From Candidatus Poribacteria bacterium (GTDB lineage Bacteria > Poribacteria > WGA-4E > PCPOR2b): 64,000 nt of DNA. Position numbers and translations under genes: made by a program. The stretch spans positions 3,584,001-3,648,000 of the forward strand of contig OZ220744.1 in the NCBI GenBank assembly GCA_965116925.1, given 5' to 3'. The notes under the pieces are model-generated. The model saw only the letters and a program-made list of their open reading frames with translations, was not told the DNA's origin and made no database searches. This document shows, one piece after another, positions 58,252 through 64,000 of this stretch. How positions within the stretch are numbered: the first letter of the stretch is position 1; the number at the start of each line of letters is the position of its first letter.

Positions 58252-58358
58252 AACACCGAAATCGTAGATAAAATGGAGAAAACAGTTGAGGATGTTCAGG
58301 AGAATATAAAGAAACTGGCTTTTGACTACCAGCAAAAGGAAATGTACAAGAAAATCTT

Positions 58359-58703
58359 ATGAACACTATTGAAACTCATATTGACAAAACCACTATCCAA
58401 GCGATAGCGCAACTGATTGTCGAACGCTTTAATCCAGAGCAAGTCATCCTCTTCGGCAGCCATGCTCGCGGAGAAGTTGGGGACCACAGCGATGTGGATC
58501 TGTTGGTCGTGATGCGCGCTGACGTAAGACAGCCACAACGCGGTAATCCAATTCGTCGGGCTATTGCCGAGCACTTTGTCCTGCCTGTTGATGTCATTAT
58601 CCGTTCCCCGGAAGTCCTCGCCGCACAGCGTGATGATCCGTATTCTTTTATCCACAAGGTGCTGAAAGAAGGAGAAGTGTTGTATGAACGACGTGCGGCC
58701 TGA
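58359..58703 (+). CDS. Minimal nucleotidyltransferase (MNT) antitoxin
   Basis: LFGSHARGEVGDHSDVDLLVV (GS-x10-DxD). Confidence 0.92.
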   Translation: MNTIETHIDKTTIQAIAQLIVERFNPEQVILFGSHARGEVGDHSDVDLLVVMRADVRQPQRGNPIRRAIAEHFVLPVDVIIRSPEVLAAQRDDPYSFIHKVLKEGEVLYERRAA

Positions 58704-59070
58704 ACGGGCTTGGTTTGAGAGGGCAGATCAAGACTTGGAGATGGCTCGTCGAGCATTGGGACCCGAAAAACCTCTGCCAGGGATGGCTTGCTATCACGCC
58801 CAGCAATGTGCTGAGAAGTACCTAAAGGGTTATCTGATTGCTCAGTCAATATCCTTCCGTTTTGTGCACGACCTCGTTTACCTCACGCAGCTATGTGCGG
58901 CACGAGAATTGGTCTTCGAGGAATTGATGTCAGCTGCAGAAATTTTAGGTGAGTATGGAGTAACAATGCGCTATCCGATGGAAGATTCAGAAGAACCGGA
59001 TATAGAAGCAGCTAGAGAAGCTATTGAGCTCGCTGAACAGGTTATCGCTTTAGTCCGCAGGGTTTCATGA
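58684..59070 (+). CDS. HEPN domain protein (partner of the MNT)
   Basis: ACYHAQQCAEKYLKG...HDL...RYP; overlaps the MNT gene. Confidence 0.92.
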   Translation: MNDVRPERAWFERADQDLEMARRALGPEKPLPGMACYHAQQCAEKYLKGYLIAQSISFRFVHDLVYLTQLCAARELVFEELMSAAEILGEYGVTMRYPMEDSEEPDIEAAREAIELAEQVIALVRRVS

Positions 59071-59104
59071 TGTAACTAACGATTGATTGACCAATGCGCG
59101 ACAA

Positions 59105-59500
59105 TTAACGGCCAAATAGGCGTTTCCAGAAAGACGGCTTTCGATTATCTTCTATCAAGAGGTTATGCTGATCCGTAACCTGTTGGAGCGACCTGTGGGC
59201 AACAGCCAACAGTTGAGAGAGATGCTCTATATGCTGGGTCATGGATTCAATTTGGCTGTCTCGGTTATCTAATAATTCTTGCAAGTGTCTCGTTTTATCC
59301 TGCAAGTGTTCAAGGGCTAGCTGAGTATCCATGTGGGCATTAGGGTTTAGGTAATGTTCAAATATGGCATCAGCTTGAACGTACCATTTCCCGTCTACCT
59401 TTTCGCCGTTTAGCTTGCCTCGCTTGAGCCAGCGTTTGACGCTTTTAGATGAGAGATTCAGTTTTTGAGCGGCTTGATTGACCTTTAGTTTGGCGTCCAT
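59105..59500 (-). CDS. Excisionase-like HTH protein with a coiled coil
   Basis: VNQAAQKLNLSSKSVKRWLKRGKLNGEKVDGKWYV; C-terminal SFWKRLFGR. Confidence 0.8.
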   Translation of the reverse strand: MDAKLKVNQAAQKLNLSSKSVKRWLKRGKLNGEKVDGKWYVQADAIFEHYLNPNAHMDTQLALEHLQDKTRHLQELLDNRDSQIESMTQHIEHLSQLLAVAHRSLQQVTDQHNLLIEDNRKPSFWKRLFGR

Positions 59501-59572
59501 GTAAATACCAACGTAGATGAGTCCAGAGTCGTTTCAGAAGCAACAATCGGTCAATGGATAAGGAACCGTAAT

Positions 59573-61666
59573 ATGAATTCAACCCAAAAGACACATCGCC
59601 TCGGCATTGATATCGGCGGCACCTTCACCGATATTGTCCTAATAGGGGATGATGGCACGGTGTTGACACAAAAAGTGCCCTCCACGCCAAACAATTACGC
59701 AGAAGGCATAGCTACAGGCTTGACACCGCTGCTGCCACGTCAAATCAATGAAGTCGTGCACGGCACAACGGTGGCGACTAACACGATTTTGGAACGTAAA
59801 GGTGCTTTGACCGGTCTTATCACAACAAAGGGCTTCCGGGACGTGCTTGAAATTGGACGCCTACGCTACCCTCGTCTGTACGATTTGACGTGGGAGAAGC
59901 CGATCCCGTTAGCGTCAAGGCGTTTACGGCGTGAGGTTGCGGAACGCATCGGTGCGAACGGTGAAATCGTGCGTCCGTTGGATATGGAAGGGGCACGGGA
60001 GGTGATTCGATGGATGCTGGCACAAAACATTGAATCCCTCGCGGTCTGCCTCATCAACGCCTACATCAATCCTGATCACGAGCGGCAGTTGGGTGAGCTC
60101 ATCCACGAGTTGGCACCAGACCTACCCGTTTCTCTGTCTTGCGATGTCCTGCCCGAAATCAAAGAGTATGAGCGAACTAGTACGACTGTCATCAACGCTT
60201 ACCTGCAACCTGTCGTCAGCCGTTATCTGGGCTCACTATCCGACCGACTGAACCAACAGCTCACTCACACAGATGACGCGCTCCCGCTCTATGTCATGCA
60301 ATCCAACGGCGGGGTCATGTCCGCTGAATCCGCCGCCGAGATACCTATTCACATCATCGAATCAGGACCGGCGGCGGGGGTCATCGCCTCCCTTACCCTT
60401 GCAGAGCGTGTCGGTTTAACGAATGTCTTGACGCTCGACATGGGTGGCACTACGGCGAAGGCATCGTTAATCGAAGATGGACAGATCATGCACTCTCCGG
60501 AATACCAAGTCGGTGGAGGTGTCTCGGTCGGCACCCGTTTGAGCAAAGGAGGAGGCTATCCGTTGCGTGTGCCCGCCATTGACATCGCTGAGGTCGGTGC
60601 CGGCGGTGGAAGTATCGTGTATCTGGACATGGGTGGGGCACTACGGGTCGGTCCACAAAGCGCGGGTGCGGTCCCCGGTCCCGCATGTTATGCGTTGGGC
60701 GGAGAAGAACCGACGCTCACCGATGCCAATGTGGTGCTCGGCTACCTCAATCCAGAGCATCTCGCAGGCGGTGCGCTGCCACTGAACGCGGAGAAAGCAC
60801 ATCAAACTCTGCACGACAAAATTGCTGCTCCACTCAATTTGAGCGCGTCCGATGCCGCTCATGGCGTCTATCGTATCGCCGCAGCGAATATGGCGCGGGC
60901 AGCACGAGCCGTGTCATTAGAGCGCGGACGCGACCCCCGCGAGTTTGTGCTATGTGCTTTCGGCGGCAACGGTCCCCTACATGCAACAGAATTGGCAGAA
61001 TCGCTCGGCATGAAGCGAATCCTCATTCCTCCCTCTCCCGGGCTCTTCAGTGCGTTCGGGTTACTCTACGCGGACATCGCCTATCATCTCGTTCAAACCT
61101 ACAAGCAGTTAGTTACTGAGTTGGACATAGATGATTTCAAAGAGACATTGGGACGACTGGAAGTCTCGGCGCGGGAAGGATTGATGGCAGAAGGAGAAAA
61201 CGCGGCGCAAGTCGTCTTGCAGCGTGCGGTAGACCTGCGCTATGCCGGACAATCCTCCGAACTGACGCTGCCCATAGTTGAGGCAAATATCGGACAGCCG
61301 CAGTTTTTCCACACATTGGGCGAGCGGTTTGCTGCCGACCACGAGCGTACCTACGGACACCGCGCCCCCGATGACCCGATAGAGGTTGTCAACCTGCGCT
61401 TGACCGCGATTATCCCAACTGCCAAATCTCAGTTTTCACATCTCCAACCCCCAAGCTCTCAAACCTTACCACCAAACCGCCGCTGTTACTTCGGTAGGGA
61501 GACCGGTTGGCTTGAGGTGCCGGTGTTATCTCGTGAGGGGTTAGGCAGCAAATCTGAAGATGGACCGTTCATTGTCGAAGAGTATGACACGACAATTCTG
61601 GTCCCGCCACGTTGCACCGCACTGCGGGATGAGTGGGGAAATGTAGTCATTGATATGGCAGTGTGA
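59573..61666 (+). CDS. Hydantoinase/oxoprolinase subunit A family protein
   Basis: GIDIGGTFTD, HGTTVATN, ESGPAAG, DMGGTT, GAGGGS. Confidence 0.95.
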   Translation: MNSTQKTHRLGIDIGGTFTDIVLIGDDGTVLTQKVPSTPNNYAEGIATGLTPLLPRQINEVVHGTTVATNTILERKGALTGLITTKGFRDVLEIGRLRYPRLYDLTWEKPIPLASRRLRREVAERIGANGEIVRPLDMEGAREVIRWMLAQNIESLAVCLINAYINPDHERQLGELIHELAPDLPVSLSCDVLPEIKEYERTSTTVINAYLQPVVSRYLGSLSDRLNQQLTHTDDALPLYVMQSNGGVMSAESAAEIPIHIIESGPAAGVIASLTLAERVGLTNVLTLDMGGTTAKASLIEDGQIMHSPEYQVGGGVSVGTRLSKGGGYPLRVPAIDIAEVGAGGGSIVYLDMGGALRVGPQSAGAVPGPACYALGGEEPTLTDANVVLGYLNPEHLAGGALPLNAEKAHQTLHDKIAAPLNLSASDAAHGVYRIAAANMARAARAVSLERGRDPREFVLCAFGGNGPLHATELAESLGMKRILIPPSPGLFSAFGLLYADIAYHLVQTYKQLVTELDIDDFKETLGRLEVSAREGLMAEGENAAQVVLQRAVDLRYAGQSSELTLPIVEANIGQPQFFHTLGERFAADHERTYGHRAPDDPIEVVNLRLTAIIPTAKSQFSHLQPPSSQTLPPNRRCYFGRETGWLEVPVLSREGLGSKSEDGPFIVEEYDTTILVPPRCTALRDEWGNVVIDMAV

Positions 61667-61732
61667 AAACGAGTATGTCGCTTTCTCCGCTTCACGTTGG
61701 ATTCATCACCACAAAGAAGATAAGGGCACAAA

Positions 61733-62635
61733 ATGAGCCACCTAACCGTCGAAAAACTGAACACAGAGAATCGAGACGCAGCATTGTCCTTGATAAATGA
61801 GGCTTACGACAATGTACACGGATTTGATCCGCTTGCCCCGACTGATTTGGACGTGCTGGAACAATCGGGTTTTTTCGCGCTCGGTTTTATGGACGACAAG
61901 TTAATCAGTTTTGCATACGGTGCTATGGTAGAGGAGGGGTTAGGAGAAATCCGTTGGGCGGGTGTGCCCGACAACTTCCGGGGCGAATGCCACAGCCTTC
62001 CCCCAATGCAGGAGTGTATCAGCTATCTCAGAGGCAGAGGTGCAAAGCAGATTGGCGTGTCGAATTGGCTGGATGCCCCTTATCGTCAGATGTTGAGCCA
62101 TTTTGAGCGAGCGGAAATTGAGGTTAAACATGACCAACTTATCCTGCGCCTTGACATGCGGAACTACACGCCGCAGCCGTCCCCGATCAAAGCTGGGTAT
62201 AACCTGCGAACATTTCGAGAAAACGATGAACAAACATGGGCGGATGTCAAGAATGCGGTGTTTGGCAGTTCATCGACACCAGAGGAGTTCTGGACCCAAA
62301 CCTTCTCGGGTGTCAACAAGAAGATAGATTTTGCGCCGGAGGGATTCTTCTTTGCCGAAAAGGACGGAGAACCTGTCGGCATCTGCGCGGGCATCGTTCT
62401 GCATGATCGGAAAAAAATCGGCGGAACGCTACCCGGCGTCATTGGGTGGACAGGTGTCCATAAAGATCACAGAGGGGTCGGACTCGGCAGAGCGTTAATG
62501 GTTAGTTCTCTGAATTACCTGCACGACCGGGGCATCGCCATGACGGAGATTGGCACGCAGTTTTATCGTACCGCAGCGGTGAATCTATACGAAAATCTCG
62601 GCTTTCATATTTACACCGCTTGGTTTAACATCTGA
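61733..62635 (+). CDS. Tandem GNAT acetyltransferase (MshD-like architecture)
   Basis: GWTGVHKDHRGVGLGRAL...AVNLYENLGF. Confidence 0.85.
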   Translation: MSHLTVEKLNTENRDAALSLINEAYDNVHGFDPLAPTDLDVLEQSGFFALGFMDDKLISFAYGAMVEEGLGEIRWAGVPDNFRGECHSLPPMQECISYLRGRGAKQIGVSNWLDAPYRQMLSHFERAEIEVKHDQLILRLDMRNYTPQPSPIKAGYNLRTFRENDEQTWADVKNAVFGSSSTPEEFWTQTFSGVNKKIDFAPEGFFFAEKDGEPVGICAGIVLHDRKKIGGTLPGVIGWTGVHKDHRGVGLGRALMVSSLNYLHDRGIAMTEIGTQFYRTAAVNLYENLGFHIYTAWFNI

Positions 62636-62640
62636 TCCGT

Positions 62641-63405
62641 TCAAACACATCCGGGATACTCCCTACCCCGCAAGAGTGGAAAGTCCCGCTTCTGATCTGG
62701 ATCGCCAACCCATTTGGAATCCGCTCGCATGTAACTGGTCGCAAGTCCTCGACGACGATGCGGTGTCCGATTTTCGCCACTGCCGTGGACGGTCAAACTG
62801 TGGTGAAAACTGCAGCCACCTGCCTTCAGCACCACCGGCACCGCTGTGGATTCATCGATGCCTTGAGCGTGCAGAAAATCCCGCCGCTCATGGGGCCAAA
62901 TCCCTTTCTTGTAACTGCCGGGGAGCAATCGCAAACAACCGTTCTCTTCCGTCACATCGTCCAACGCTGTCCAGCAACTCACAAGTGTCGGCGGATCCAC
63001 AGAAGTCCAGTAAGCCGAATCCTGATGCCAAGAAACAATCGAACCGTGGAAGGCAGGCTTCATCAGGGTCTGGGTATGGAAGAGTTTGATGTCCTCCGTA
63101 CCAAGCAGCTCCGCAACAACGTCTAGGATTTTCGGGTTGCTAGCGTGTTCAAAGACTACTTCATCGTAACGATGGGGATCTAAAAGCTGCCAGACCTTGT
63201 CACGACGCGGCACATTCTCAAGTTCACCTCTCTGGGCGGCAGCTTCCAGCCGTACTCCCGCCTTCTCCGCATTGGGATGCGATCCATCTGCTAGGGCATC
63301 CATCCGCTCACGCAAGGCTTCTAATGTTTCCTCTGACAGGAGGGGTCCATAAATCACAAATCCGTCGCGTTCATAATCCGCTTTCTGTTTCTCCGTTAAA
63401 CTCAT
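62641..63405 (-). CDS. Phytanoyl-CoA dioxygenase (PhyH) family protein
   Basis: WHQDSAYW, WTALDDVTEENGCL, HHSLTVHGS. Confidence 0.93.
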   Translation of the reverse strand: MSLTEKQKADYERDGFVIYGPLLSEETLEALRERMDALADGSHPNAEKAGVRLEAAAQRGELENVPRRDKVWQLLDPHRYDEVVFEHASNPKILDVVAELLGTEDIKLFHTQTLMKPAFHGSIVSWHQDSAYWTSVDPPTLVSCWTALDDVTEENGCLRLLPGSYKKGIWPHERRDFLHAQGIDESTAVPVVLKAGGCSFHHSLTVHGSGENRTPHRRRGLATSYMRADSKWVGDPDQKRDFPLLRGREYPGCV

Positions 63406-63424
63406 CTGAGTCTCCTTGTGTGTT

Positions 63425-63526
63425 TATAGTAGATTTTAGAATTAATGGGACACGCCAAACCGGTGCGGTTACAAACCGCACCTACCGGGGGGCGCAAGTG
63501 TTTGTTTATTTTTAGAATTCACTGTA
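63425..63526. mobile_element. TA-flanked MITE, uninterrupted copy of the outer element at 36957-37494
   Basis: TATAGTAGATTTTAGAATTAATG...GGTGCGGTT-AAACCGCACC...TTTATTTTTAGAATTCACTGTA. Confidence 0.75.
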
Positions 63527-63556
63527 AATGTCCCTACCTTCTTGCCATCTTAAATC

Positions 63557-64000
63557 TCACCCAACACGATGCCGCTCAAGGAGAGCCATGTTCGGCTCAA
63601 AGCCGATGCCCGGTCTATCCGGCACCGTCACGTATCCATCCTTTTCCAATGACATTTGCGGGTGAAACATTTCACCCCTTAACGGATCGACAGCAGGTGG
63701 GTAGTATTCAAGCATTAAGCCGTTTTGACGCGCTGCTGCAATATGCACCTGAAGTTCCTGCGCCCCGTGGGGGGCAATTAACTTTTGATGGGCTGCGGAT
63801 TCTTCCACCACCGCTAAAGCCGGTTCGTAGCCGGCTAGAATCGCGACATCAATATTGAAAACATCTGCCCCCTGATAATCGATTAACGTTTGAAAGTAAT
63901 GAACACCGTAGCCGTTTTCACCTGTTGCGATCAAGACATCGTAATCTTTAGCGACTGCAGCCAATTCCTTATGTCCCCGGTAATCGTGGCTGGAGATCGG
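63557..64000 (-). CDS. Mandelate racemase/enolase-superfamily protein, C-terminal part (runs off the window)
   Basis: IATGEN, IAPH, VPDRPGIGFEPN. Confidence 0.88.
   Translation of the reverse strand, partial: PISSHDYRGHKELAAVAKDYDVLIATGENGYGVHYFQTLIDYQGADVFNIDVAILAGYEPALAVVEESAAHQKLIAPHGAQELQVHIAAARQNGLMLEYYPPAVDPLRGEMFHPQMSLEKDGYVTVPDRPGIGFEPNMALLERHRVG

Overview
Bacterial genomic window of about 50% GC. The gene content (Rpn array, PhyH dioxygenase, enolase-superfamily enzymes, Gfo/Idh/MocA oxidoreductases, dense MITE/REP repeats) is reminiscent of Candidatus Poribacteria or a similar lineage; this is an inference only. Bases 1-35 kb are accessory DNA with four parts. (i) An Rpn/YhgA gene with an internal start and free-standing copies of its C-terminus. 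(ii) A minus-strand five-gene RiPP-like operon: a 57-aa Cys-Cys precursor missed by the ORF track (7219-7392), a GT2 glycosyltransferase, a radical SAM/SPASM enzyme, an HTH-solute-binding regulator and a GNAT acetyltransferase. (iii) An island of ParB-like, DUF559-TPR, T5orf172, membrane and lipoprotein genes. (iv) A sensor-less sigma-54 activator, followed by three phased palindromic sites, a consensus -24/-12 promoter and a 13-kb envelope operon. That operon encodes a Sec-signal plus double-glycine-leader Cys-rich protein, a stand-alone exported C39 peptidase-DUF1573 fusion, a LolA-like protein, a GspC-like protein, a CcdA/thioredoxin fusion, a tetraheme cytochrome fusion and a duplicated vWA/beta-propeller gene pair. 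Bases 35-64 kb are mostly metabolic (purL, purQ, hisC, MFS transporters, oxidoreductases, hydantoinase) and also contain an unannotated CxxU selenoprotein (44440-44670), TA modules and several MITE families, including a nested stack whose insertion order can be read from target-site duplications (TSDs). No rRNA, tRNA or CRISPR array was recognised. All family assignments come from motif recognition by eye, not database searches.
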